Assembly: GCA_000165425.1 (NCBI GenBank)
Contig: CT868097.1
Location: 502,867-566,866, forward strand
Origin: Paramecium tetraurelia
Lineage: Eukaryota
DNA: 64,000 nucleotides
Reading direction: 5' to 3'
In this document: positions 14,443 through 27,700 of the stretch, in pieces
How the letters are laid out: every line of letters starts with the position of its first letter
How positions within the stretch are numbered: the first letter of the stretch is position 1
Translations under genes and position numbers: made by a program
The notes under the pieces: generated by a model
Told to the model about the DNA's origin: nothing
Seen by the model: the letters and a program-made list of their open reading frames with translations, nothing else
The model's database searches: none

Positions 14443-15086
14443 TCAATTATGATTAATTTTAATGATGGATATATACTCATATATAAAAGTCTTTCAAAAT
14501 CAATATGCTAAAGTACCCAATTACATTCAGGCAAGTTCGATAACTTGCTTAGAAAAGTATTTGAACAATCAAATTCATTTCTTCATTGGGAAAATGAGTA
14601 ATTAATATTCGTATTTAGAAATCCCAATTAAATATGCTTATAATTATTGTGTTTTAAATATTATTTTGAATTTTATAATTTCTAGGCAAACTTAATATCA
14701 AATTACATCAACAAGTTATATGATTTTTCTTTTGGTAAGAAATAATGTTACTGATAATTGTTATTTTTGTGATTATTATAATAAGCAGGAAGATGTTCCT
14801 AGATGTTCAATTTTCATTTGTTGAAATAAAATCAAATATATCAAAATTTTGTTAACTACATAAATAAAATTGAAATCAAATTGACATTAATATTCAGATT
14901 TTCAGATATTAATTTTAGAGTGAAAAATGAAATTTCAAAAGAATTTTTTGAGTACCAACTTTTTAAATACTGCATCTTAACTTATTTAATATGCAGAATC
15001 CAAGTTTGATTGGCAAGAAAGTTTTGGACGATATAATAACTAGTATTAAATTATTAAATAAATAATTATATTAATATTTTATATTT

Positions 15087-16539
15087 ATGTAATAAGAGTT
15101 CAAATTGCCATAAAAGATTATTTAACTTTATGCAAAATATTAGAATAAATCATAGAAAGTGAAAAAATTCCAGCTTCAAGAACATACTTTTATGTTAGAA
15201 GACAATTATTCACCAGTTGAAATCAGTAATAATTAATTTATTGTTCAAAGTCGGAAGTGGTGCATATGGATGTGTTATTTAAGCTGATGATAAAAATGCA
15301 AAGGTCGAGAAGGATAGATAAGTAGCTATTAAGAAAATCGAAAGAGCATTCGAACATAGATTGTATGCAAAAAGAACTCTAAGAGAATTAAAGATTCTCA
15401 GGTTGATGAAACACGAGAATGTATTATCATGAAAGTGATATAGATCGTGGAATTAAAAACTTTGCTTCTTCCAAAATCTAGAGAAGAATTTGAAGATGTT
15501 TATATGGTTACTGAATTATTGGAAACAGACTTGGCCCAAGTGATAAAAAGCGATTAGGTATTGACAGATGAACATATCCAATTATTCTTATATTAAATCC
15601 TAAGAGGGCTCAAATATTTACATACTGCAGGAATATTGCATAGAGATTTAGTAATTATATGTGAAATCAATTTAGAAACCTAGAAATTTATTGTTAAACA
15701 GGAATTGCGATTTAAAGATCTGCGATTTTGGATTGGGTAGAGCAATGGCTGATCCATCCTCATCAAACAATGCAAACATTATGACTTATTATGTTGAGAC
15801 TAGATGGTATAGAGCACCAGAATTGTTGGTGAGTTTCAAGAATTATACTCCTGCAGTTGATATATGGTCAGTCGGATGCATCTTGGCAGAATTGCTATTG
15901 AGAAAACCCTTTTTAAGGGGAGATTCCAGTATTGTTATTTTAAATAAATAAAGCTAAAAGATAAGTCAAGTTAATATTTGAATTGTTGGGAACACCGAAT
16001 GAGGCTTACATATAATCATTCTAAGACGAAAAAGTTTAAAATAATTTGAGAAAAGTCATTAAAGAAACAGGACCCAAATAAGGTATTCCATTGGAATAAT
16101 TATTCAAAAATGCTTCTAAAAATGGTATAATGTACAATCATTTCTGAAGCTTTGGATTTATTAAGGAAGCTGTTGACATTTGATTACAGATAAAGAATCA
16201 CAGTTCAGCAAGCCTTAGAACATCCATATTTAGCTCAATTGCACTTTGAAGCCGATGAGCCAAGTGCTTAACTTGTTAATTAATTAGAATTCGAATTTGA
16301 AAAGTATGAAATGACAAGGGAATAGATTAAAGGTGCATTTATAGATTTAAAATAGATCTTCTTTATGAGGAAATATTATTATATCATTTTCCTGAATTCT
16401 AAACATCTTATGAAGCTAAAAAGAAATCTGGATAGAGTTTGATATCACATGTAGTAAATAATGAGAACGCTAAAATTGTAAATAACTTATTTAATTAAAG
16501 TTTGATCCCACAGCTGATGATGATTTAGATAGGGATTGA
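15087..16539 (+). CDS. Mitogen-activated protein kinase (ERK-like), TYY activation loop
   Basis: [99 protein letters not shown] (CD domain). About 7 tiny introns. Confidence 0.96.
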
Positions 16540-16723
16540 ATATAATATTATGATAAATTCAATAGTATCTTATTATTATATCTTGAAAAATATTCTATTA
16601 ACAATTAAGTCTTTGATAATAAATCAATGTATGAAATCTATTTACATTTTACATATCAGTTTCATTAGTAGCAATATCTTGATTATTTATTATTATTAAG
16701 TAACTCTTATTTCTTATTTGATA

Positions 16724-17215
16724 TCACATCAACTTTTGAGTCTTATTGAAACTATAAGTTAATATTTTATTATCAAACTTAAAAAGATGTAGAAGTAAAA
16801 TCTAAATCTTTAAATTAGACACCTCTTCCCAAAAGGAATTCATATTGTTTAAATAGTCATTAAGCAGATAAGTTTAAGCTCATATCATTCTGGTTTACAT
16901 TGGATTTAAATGGATCCATATTTCGATTAGTTAATTCGACTTACTTAAATAAGATAAAATGAAAATTTACTCATGATTAGTTCGTTATCATCTATTTTTA
17001 ATGATAAATCAAATAAGACAATATTTAGGATCAACTATAAAAATGAGATCATCATTTTTAATATATCACTTCTATTTACTGTCTAATTGTCCATCTAATA
17101 TATTAGCAATGAATAAGGATATTCCATTCCATACGTTGAATTATAATTCTTCTTATATTCTTTTTAATCTATCTTGTATTCCAGTTATTTTTTTCAAATA
17201 ATATTAATTATTCAT
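16724..17215 (-). CDS. Possible small hypothetical protein (exon structure unresolved)
   Basis: ATG at 17215 (MNNQYYLKKITGIQDRLKRIQEELQFN), GT..AG-like segments and coding-like stretches downstream. I could not build one fully consistent model. Confidence 0.3.
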
Positions 17216-17226
17216 TAATTATTTTT

Positions 17227-18075
17227 ATGGAAGACTTTGTACCCTCATTAAATAGCTTAGTCAAATATTCAACACCTGTTTTAGTATCTGTAGCTGGAAA
17301 AAACACTGGTAAAATGTAATAATAACAAATAGGCGAAAAAAAAGATGCCTAAGCTAAGCAATAAGTCAGAGTCAATAGTCCTGGAAGAGTACAAATTTAT
17401 AACAAATTATGACAGCAAGAGAAGATGATAACCTAAGAGATTTTATAATAAAATCTACCACCTAAAGAATACAGATTGAAGAATGGACAATTATGGGTGC
17501 AAACTGTTTTATCTACTCCTGCAACCAGAATTGAAGTGGTCTAATTATAACAAGAGTTAGACAAAAGGTTAGTATAGAGAGGAGCCAGAGAAACAGGAAT
17601 TTGCCCAATAAGAGAAGAGTTATACGAATAATGCTTTGATGAATTGATTCGATAGATCACAATTGATTGCAGTTAAAGAGGATTATTATTGGTGAAGTAT
17701 GAATTTAACATTTAACCCTATTTGAGTTCGAAACGAATTCCGAAGTTAATTAAATTCCTACAAAACATTATATGAAAGTTCCATAGCATATGGTATGAGA
17801 AAGATGATTGATGCTGAATAGAAAAGAACAGATAAATCTAATAAAATCATGTTTATGGACAGAGAATGTTAAGAATTGTAGAAAGCTGTGGAGGATTTGG
17901 AATAAAAAATCCAATATACAAAAAAAGTTGAAACTGAGAAATTATAAAAAGTAACTATTTTAAATGTTCTAACTAATAGGAATCTGAAAACCATAAAAAT
18001 GAGATAGAAAAAATTAGAGCCTATAATAACTCCCTTAAAGATGAGTTAGGTAGATTGCTAGAAGGTAGAAGATGA
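17227..18075 (+). CDS. DNALI1: Axonemal inner-arm dynein light chain p28, with one intron lacking a frame-compatible AG
   Basis: LPPKEY..NGQLWVQTVLSTPATRIEV..LQQELDKRL.QRGARETGICPIREELYEQCFDELIRQITIDC.QRGLLL..VRNEF...YKTLYESSIAYGMRK. Confidence 0.92.
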
Positions 18076-18442
18076 CTAAGATATAATATATATAATAAAC
18101 CGATATATATATATTATATATCACAATGCAATATATAATTAACCAAATAATGATTACATCAATTATTTAATTATCCTAAATAATATATCACACGATTCTA
18201 AGTTATAGTTTTAAGAGTTATTTTTAGAAAAGTAAATAATTTTCTTTTGAATACAGATGGATAATTTCTAGTACAGTATTCTATGGAATTATGACTTGAT
18301 TTAAATGAATTTTGTTTTGAACAATGAGGAATAATGGAAATATCTTAGTAATAATTAGAATTAAAATATTTACTTTATTAGGAACAGCTGTTATTTAAAT
18401 TGTGATTAGGGTATTTTGAAATTATAGATAATATATATATCA

Positions 18443-18895
18443 TCAAAGGAACTAAGGGCAAGGGATCTCCTAACATTTAGGACCAGCGATGAAATTACTC
18501 ATTGCATAGGTCTCTTGGTCACTGAATTTTCGTGATTTCTTTCTGCTTTTAGTCTAAGAAATCACTTATATCAGGTCACCATTTAGGACTACCTACAACT
18601 CACCACATGGTTCTTTTCCTTTTGGGCAGTAATATACAGGACTTAGATTTTCTAATCGTTGACTGCTATCAGTCGAACAGTTAGAATCAATATTTAATTC
18701 CTCAATATTAGTAAGTGGGTTCTAAAACGATTAAAAATAGAAATACCTTATATTTCGAAGGTGGAGTGATATAGTATTATGGACGTTCCTTATTTTTTGG
18801 AACAAAGAGACACTTAGAGCTATTGTAAGTCTAAGACTTTTTTAAAACTCGGATTTTGTTACTGCTCACTAGATTATTTTAGGTGTTTACTTACT
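18443..18895 (-). CDS. Small protein (~130 aa) ending in a PNRC/Edc1-like motif; ATG split by an intron
   Basis: A(18895)|gtaagtaaacacctaaaataatctag|TG AGC AGT... gives MSSNKIRVLKKSQTYNSSKCLFVPK..., then a second 25-nt intron. The C-terminus reads KSRKFSDQETYAMSNFIAGPKCQEIPCPQFL*. Confidence 0.7.
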
Positions 18896-19001
18896 TTTTC
18901 GATTCTGGGGAAGTCTTTTGTTTTTAAAAAGCTGGTAAGGCCTTTTTTTAAAATTTTTATTTAATTAATATTATAATATGGCCAACTGGTCTAATAAATA
19001 T

Positions 19002-22000
19002 TCACTCGTCCTCCCCCTATCTGGGCTAAGTGTCCATTCCATTCAGACGATCTTTGTACACCTCAAGCAAAAATTTGTAATCAATGCGACCGTTTTTCTT
19101 AGACCAGGAGATAAGTTGTGGCCACTGTTCATCTCTGACGACAATCCCTTAGGATCTCAACATTTTATCCATCTCTTATTTGATGCGCTATTTAAATTAC
19201 TAACATAACTTACATCCTCAGTTAATGGAATTTACCCATTTGATGTCAAATGTTTAAAGATTTCCAAAAGGTACTTTCTATTTTTGCCAATTGCATTTAT
19301 AGTTTTATCAAAGTCTTTTGAACTCTCCCAGATACCATTTTCTACATTGTTAAGATACAAAACGTTACCAACATATTAAAGAGCACTTTATTTAGCAGGA
19401 GGCTTTCTGAGAAATGTTTTGAATTTATTGGCAGCATTAATCAATCCATCATCCGTCAACCCTTCAAATTATTATTGAGAAGGTGATCTTTATTTGTTTA
19501 ACCAATTCTTATCAGTTTAGGCCATTAATGACTTCTAAGAGTTTTTCTTAACTCTTATATTAGCACTCAGGGGTCTAAAAATAAGATAAAATTCTAACCT
19601 TTTCTTTTCGTTAGGATTGGAGAACTTTGAAAAAGCATCCATCCATTCAGTCAAATCAAGATGTCCATCCCTTCTCTTATCTATAAATTCAAATAGGTCT
19701 TTGATTATTGCAAAAGGTGGAATGTCTTCGGTAGCTAATCTATATAACATTTCAATCATGTCCTTAAATTTATCAAAGGTAAGAAACCCTGTGTGTTGAG
19801 CATCTATTTATCTGAATGCATCCTTAGGGGACAATAAATAATGATAAATGTGATCGTTGACTTTTTGTAAATGAATACCAGCTCTCTCAAGAATCTTATT
19901 ATCAGCTTATCTAAAATCTAATTTCTTAGAAAACTCCTTCCAGTTGACCATGCTATTTCTATCAGTATCAAGCATAGCAGATAATATATCGACATCCTAA
20001 AAGGTCAACCCCATATTCAAACTTCGAATGACTTATCTGAATTCCAAATTAGTGATGAATCCAGTGTTATCTGAATCGTACTATTTGAATAATTCATTAA
20101 TGTTTTTATTTGAATTTCTCAAGAATCTTCGAATTTTATCTAGTAAGCTGATATTAACTTAATTTCTTTCATCCAAAGGTAATTCAGATAGTCCACTAAC
20201 ATAATACACAATAATACCCTTATGTTGCTGGACGAATGGCCAATTGTTGTGATTGTCCTTCAGGTTGCTCATAGATTTTACCACCTTTCCCGAATATAAG
20301 TGCAAATGCTTGATTACTTAATGAACCATTCTTTTAGATTCTATTCCATAGAATTTCGATATCTCCATCTACAAATCTCTTTGGGAATAATGCTTACAAG
20401 GCCTTATAAAAGCTCTCTTTAGTAATGATGTGGCTGTGTTCCATTTAAAAATAGTGGATTGCATTTTAAATGCTAGAGAAGTAAGTTGATAGTGCATCTT
20501 GGATCTCCTTAATCATCTAGTCTTACCAATTGTATTGAGCAAATGCATTCAACCAATCTGATTCTACCAAGTATCCTTTTTTATGAGAATCAAGATCTGA
20601 AAAAATCTCATAAACTAACTTTTCTGTCAAATCAAATCCTGCCAATACATTTTTTTCATCTAGCCACTTTTTAAATTTCTAGAATACCAATTTCTTACGA
20701 TATCCTGATACAATATCAAAGGATTCCTTCACGTTTGGATAATGTCTGCTAATTATTAAGCCTATCTGTTATCTTGCATTCATCTTCCAATCAAAAGATG
20801 ATCTAGATTCTTGTTATTATTTTGCAGCTAAAGTAGCATTTTATCCAAAGATTTATTTGTTTTTCCCATAAAAGAATCCTTCCTCTACAAATCTTCTAAA
20901 ATCCATCAATGTTATTTTCCCTCTCTTATATTAATCCATTAATTTGAACAATCTATTAATTTTGGCTTCAGTAATCTCTTTCTCTTCTATTTTCAATATG
21001 TCTTTCAAGAATGTCCTTAAATCGGTTTTGTTAATCTAACCATCAAAATCTTTATCAAAAGTTCTGAATGCATCCTCTATAGTAATATTCTCTCTTTGAC
21101 ACCAATTTCTGATCTTAAATAGGATTTCCAACTCCCAATCCCAATCATCTTCTGATAATTAGGGCATCTGCTATATTATTGATTTGCCCATAAACTTTGC
21201 AAAGGTATTTAAATCAATCAAACCGATTCTCTACTTATCCATAAAGGCAAAGAATCCATCCTTAGCAGGTTGACTCAAAGTGGTTATTTTGTCAATATTA
21301 TAAAATTCACTTATTGATAGGAATCCATTATGATCAGTGTCTAGAAATGTGAATAGTTCTTCATAAGACATTCCCTTCCTAGCTAATTTTATTCGTAAGT
21401 CCTTTAGAATTTGATCAAATTTGGCTTCTGGCAATTCTTCAATGGGGAAAAGACTTTTTTATTAATTCATTCCATCTACTAAAGACTAAAACATTTTCTT
21501 TTGCCCCATGGTAACCAAGTCAATAGATTTGGATTAAACACAAGTTTTCTCAATGGCCGATAGGGTATCACCAAATTAAGGTTTGATTTTCATACTTTCA
21601 GCAATTTAATCGATTTGAGATAGATCTTTTCTAATGTTGAAATACGAATATCGTTTAATGAAAATATTCATATCTTCATCACTTACAACTCCATTTGCAT
21701 CAACATCCATTTCTCTACAATATTCTAAGCATTCCTCATGTGGCAATTGTGTGAAGATATTTTTTTCAAGATATTAAGCAGTAGATTCAACATTACATGA
21801 CCCATATCCTGACTTCACTTATTATAAAAATTGTATGACACTAAACTTTTTTTGAGCCAGATACTTGCTTATTTTCTAAGCAAAATCAATGAGGTCTTTG
21901 GCAGTATCTTTTTAATCCATTTGTTTATTGACATCCATTATCATCTAAATGAAATCATAGTAATTTATCAGAGACTCTCTATTCTTTGGAAGGTATCGAA

Positions 22001-23846
22001 CTAATCTATTGATGTCCTGCACATTCAAACCCAGCTAACTCTCCATCAATACAGTTTTAAAGTTGGCTGTATCAAGATTACCTTCTTGATGCTCATCAAA
22101 ATATTCAAACGATTATCTGAATACTTTCAACTTCTAAGGATTAATTAAATGATCTCTCATCTTATGAAGTGTATCTTTGAACCACGAAAGATCATATAAC
22201 TTATCCTCTTCCTCTACAGTGTTAAATAGTATTAATATGTCATTCATACTGATGGTTTCTCTTCCATCCAAAATTTCCTTGGCCACTTTTAGAGCTTTAT
22301 GTTAATTTAATGATTCATCTAAATGCATTAATGCTAGTTTCAACTACTGAAGGTTAATTGGTGGATGATCTCTATTTAAATTCATTCTTTGCAATAAATC
22401 ATCAGTGTGAATTTAGAATTTAAAGACTACATCCTTGATATAATTCACATGAGATTCTATTCAATTAAATAAGCATTGTTACATACTTTTATCTACTACT
22501 GCTTTGAGCCAATCAAATTTATCAATAAATCCATCATTATTTACATCGAGTGTCTAAAATAATGTAATAATTTGAATTTCATTGAGAGGCAACTAAATCT
22601 ATTGGACAGCTCTTTTGAAGTCATCAAAATTCATGCGAACCTTCCTTTCACTAGTTTTCCCAAAGGCTTATTGACAGAGATCTAAAAATGACTTAGAATA
22701 AACAATTGATGTTTACATCTTCTATATTTAAAGCATGATCTCGAATGTAGTATTTCAATCTTTCAAGAGCATATACTTTATCATTTACAGATCTGGAAAA
22801 TCCTACTCTTGAGTTTTGCTGTGTAGATGGTCTAACATCAATCTAATGAACAATAAGGCTAAAATTTACAGTTTTACTCATTAAAGGTCCTTTTTTGGAT
22901 GAATATTAGGAGTGCTTGGCTGTTTTAGGTCTAGTTTCTGGCAATTCAATTCCTAATGAATTAGTGAGATAATTTTTTGCATTGTCATCAATTATAAAAT
23001 TATTTTCCTCTGGATGGGAACTTTTGCTTAATTATTGCAAGTATTATTGAGTAAGTCTCATGTCTCCCTTTGATTTTCTTTCTGACAAGGGTCGTTTGGT
23101 TATTTCCTTTGTTTAAGTGAAATTGGGTTACTTTGCAGCCATCCATCAAAGATTCAAGGAACTGTACAGCTGCAGAATGAGCTTTGACAAAGAAGGTTCC
23201 AACACATGGAATCTCTACTTCAACTACATCTCTCTATATTTAATTGATCGCCAAAATACGTTGCGCACAATATCAGATAATGATTTTAACACTCTTTCAA
23301 CAGCCATCTTAGCAGAGTCCTTATTCTATGAGGCATAGAGTGCAATCTCAGCCCAATTGACAATTGCATGTTAAATTTTTCCAGATGTTTAAACTTTGTA
23401 AGGCCTCAATTATCGACCAATGGCTATGCCAGTTTTGAGATTAAAACCATTAACGAATTCCTTGGATTGTAAGTAAGTTTAATTACTTTAGCAACAAGGA
23501 ATACTGGTTAACGAGGCTACTTATCTCGATCTACTGGATTTGTTACTCCATCCAAAACTACATCTGGAGCACTAAATGAAAAAGTTCCAAATTTATTGAC
23601 TGCCACTCCTCTGCCCATACGTAATTATCTTGAAATATGAAGACCTTTATAATAATGGGTGAGCAAATACCAAATGCATTCCAAGCAGCCGAAACAGTTT
23701 CTTCATCCAAGGCTGCAATCAAGGAGGAATTGCTAATATTCAATTTGAACTACTTACTCAGCTTATCCATTCCGAGTGGCTATCTTGGAAATAATTGATT
23801 GTGCATTAATTGTAGCTTTACTCTAATAACTATCAATGCTATTCAT
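19002..23846 (-). CDS. CCDC81-like HU-domain protein with a long array of EF-hands (~1500 aa)
   Basis: N-terminus AWNAFGLHISRQLRMGRGVAVNKFGTFSF...PRQPVFLVAKEF...VNWAEIA resembles CCDC81 HU domains. Many EF-hands follow, e.g. LDVNNDGFIDKFDW, LDTDHNGFLSISEF, FDKDFDGQINKTDL, YDSDNTGFITNLEF, LDTDRNSMVNWKEF, IDKRRDGHLDLTEW. Confidence 0.8.
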
Positions 23847-23864
23847 TAAATTAATATATTTATT

Positions 23865-24702
23865 ATGAAGGCTTATTTGAGATATGAAGGCATATCAAAG
23901 TAATAGTATCCTCAGTCACCTCTCCAAGTGGAACCAAAGCCCTTATTCACCATGATGCCACGTCGTAAAACTGCACAAGTGCCCTTTCGTAGAAGTTTGC
24001 ATCAAAACAAATCCCCCACGAATTTCGACCGATAATTCGTAGTTGAGGAATTGAAACTCGCCAATGCATCTCTTCAAGAGGTGAACAAGGAATTACAACA
24101 ATTGAATGAATCTTTACAGGAGTAGGTTCAAAAATTGTAAGAAACTAACAAGGTCTTGCAATTGCAGATCAATTAAATGACCATTCAAATTGATGACTTG
24201 AAAATAAACAACCGACACTTGAGATCACAAGATAGCAGTGTGCATTTTCAAACCAAAACATTTGATTAGAGGTTCAAAGTAATTGAGATTTAAGATTACA
24301 AGATCAAAATAGCCATATCGGGTATCTGTATCTGCAGTTGCAATTAAAGAAGCTAAATGATTAATTGGAGCAAAAGAGAGTACTAGAAAGCAAACCCATG
24401 AAGTTGCAATAGCAAGCCCTCAGGGAATTAGATAGCATTTGCGTAATTTGATCATTATAAAGGATTAGTTGGACATCAAGAGTTTTATCATTTGTAAGTT
24501 GTGTCATTAGGAACTCAAGGATCCAGTAACTGTGATTCCTTGTGCTCATTCGTACTGTCGATCATGCAAGAAGGGTTACATGGGAAAATGCTTCATTTGT
24601 GGACCTGAAGAACAAATTGAAGCCACCTATGCCAACATGCTGTTGATTCCCATGATAGAGCTATTCAAGAAGAATTGTGAAATAAGGGAATTATTTAAAT
24701 GA
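23865..24702 (+). CDS. Coiled-coil + C-terminal RING (C3HC4) finger protein
   Basis: A heptad-rich middle region is followed by CKLCHQELKDPVTVIPCAHSYCRSCKKGYMGKCFICG. Two tiny introns restore the frame. Confidence 0.85.
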
Positions 24703-24727
24703 TTTTGATATACTTTATATTTAGATA

Positions 24728-27700
24728 TCAATATCTGAGGGCAAGGAAAGCTGCCACTCCTGCCTTAATCCAAATGTCTTCTTCTTGATCTGAAGCAAAT
24801 TCTAACCACATCACAAAGTTTGTTGAATGTCCTGTAGTCGAGAGGGTACCTGCTCTTGATACTACTTTGTACCTAAAAATGAATAAGAATTAAATATTAC
24901 AAGGGACAATTATAGATTCCAGTTTTGGGAATGACTCTATTCTTCTTGGGTATCAACTAGACAGCTGGTAAATCACTAAACAATTCTTTGGGAGTAGATT
25001 CAGATAGCACATGCTTTATTGAGTCCCATTTACATCCTTCTAAATAGCAACCATAGACATAACATCCATCACTGGGTTTGTCTACTATTTTAGAGATTTC
25101 TAAATCGTCTCTGACTTAATATTCAAATGAAACAAGATCAACTGCGATGACATGTTTACGAGCATAATTCTAAGTGATACCTGCTATGAATGCTTGTGGG
25201 AAGAAGAATCCTGAGAACCAGAATGTTGCTGGTGTTCCTCCGTCGACCCATTTTTATAGGAAGGCTACTCTGTCATTCAAGTCTTAAGTCCATGAAGCCA
25301 ATGGTTTCAATGACAGGAATCCCTTTTCTGCCCACATCTTAGGTACTTGGTTATCATAAAGAGAATTAGATAGTTTCTCCAAGTCTTCAGACATCACAAC
25401 CAATCCCTTCAATGCCTTTTTCACATTAACCAAGGACTCAATCATTACCTCTAATAGCCTGTTGTATCTCAAGACTTCTTAAACCAACACAGTATTCATA
25501 CTCTCCTGATAATCAGTTGGATATTTGATGAAAATGCCATCATAATCGAAAACTGGAGGTGTCTTTCCTTAGACAAAATTAGCCAGATCCTCAATCTATT
25601 CTTCTCTGGTCTTTCCTGCAGATGAACTCGTTCTTGGTTGAACTGAGAGAATGGTTTCAAGAAGCATGATGGTTTGATTTTGGGCATTGGTGATGTCTGC
25701 ATTCTCATGCAATCCGAAGACTTCTGGAGCAGGATTCAGAGGAAGACTCTCAATATAGTTCATGTAATCAGCCTACAACCCAGAAGGAGGTGAAAAGTAA
25801 GTGCCACTTTTGGAGAAGGAGAAGTTATCAAGTAATGCCTCTTTCTTAATGTAGGTTCTCAAAATAGTCTTGATCAATCTAACATCTTTATCATCTGTCA
25901 CTCTGCCACCATAATTGATTTCACTACCCAAATAGTTTAACACTTTGTAGGGGACTTCTTCGTATTCATCCAATAACATAACCAATTATCTCTTGCACAC
26001 ATTCAAGTCTTCATTAGTAAATTCGTAGGCAATATTCCAACCGATGGGACCAAATTTACGTCTATCCTGAATGATAGCATGGAAGAAGCAGAACCCGAAT
26101 ATCAATTTCTTGAATATTTCAGGTTTCTTGCATCCACTTTACAATTCATTGTCATCTAATCTAGCATAAGATCTCAACAAATTAGATCTCAATCCTGAGG
26201 GTGGTTCTAAAGTCATCTTTACACCATTCTATAAAACTGAGATTGGGAAGGAATTAGTTGGCATACTGGTTAACCATAATCTGTAATCCTTGCTTGCACT
26301 CTCATCGATATCTTCACAGATACGTTCCAATTCACTCATCCAAGATGCTGCCAAGTGACAATTCTATAATAAAACCCATCCTCCTTTTTGTCTGGCTGCT
26401 CTGATCATCTTTTCAGCTTTGGGACCTTAACCTTATCCCAATGAAATCTATTCGTATCTTTTAAGCATCTCCTTCTCTTCTGCAAACTTCAAGAAATCTG
26501 CCACAGGATCTGATCCAGCAGACAATACAAAGATCAATGGAGTCTACATTGTGGAATCCTTATAGCATTTGGCTAAATCGAATAGAGGTGGGACAATGAA
26601 TTGCTTACCAATTTTGTGGGATATGAAATTCTACACACATGGAATTACCTTATCTGGACGGAATGACTTAATGAAGATCAGTTTTTAGAACTCATCCAAT
26701 TTAGAATTCCACTCTCCTGGTAGATCCATAACATGGGGTTCAGTCGAATCATAATGTGGTTTAAACAATTCAGTGTTGGTTATCCAAAACTCTTCAAATC
26801 CCTTAAAGGCTGGCAATTAGGACATTCCATAAACCTGTCTGTACATGTCTGGCCAAGTGTTTTCAGCTATCCATTTAGTTGGATTCTACTTTATTTTGAT
26901 ATCACCCATCGGTCCTGTCAATAGGTATCTCCACTCCTCTTCATTCAGTTACTTATATCCTTAGAGAATCTTTATGGTTAACATCAAAGAGAAGAGTAAC
27001 TTGTGTTTCTCAAAGAGTGATCTACACACATTCTCATACAAACTGAAAGTGAAATAATCATTCAGATTTGTCAATCTAACTTCGTGTTCTTTGGCTGCTG
27101 GAGCATTCTCAACTCCCATTGAGAATAAATTCATAAACCATTGTAATGAGTATTGATACATTGGGTCGATTCCTGACAAATCCACAATGCAAAAGAACAA
27201 TTATGATGCTCTAAAGGCAACTGGTCTGTAACCCTCTCTTGCTTGATCGATTTACTCCTCAGTAATCTTAGAATCAGCCACTCTCTAATTGATTTCTGCT
27301 GCGAATTTCTTACTGTTTTACAATTTATTAATTAGAGTCTCATCCATTAATACTTCATTGATATCGTTGGCACCTTCTGAAAGTGATTTGAGAATGTCAT
27401 CTTCGATTAATAATAATTGTTTCTTATCCTCAGCATTCTTTCTCACAATTTACACTTTATTAGCTTCCAATTAAGGGTTTTCAAGAGCCACGATCAATGC
27501 TAACATCTGATCTTCCAATCCACTTGGAGTAATAGCGAAATTGATAATAGTAACCTTGACAAAGGTCTCAGGAGGATAATGAGGATTCGGTATGGTAGTG
27601 GTGAGGAAGAATTTAAATTTGTCATTAAATGATAATGTCTTTTCGCCCAAAGTAATAGTGAGAGATGATCCACTTTTAACAATTTGTTATAAGAGAATGG

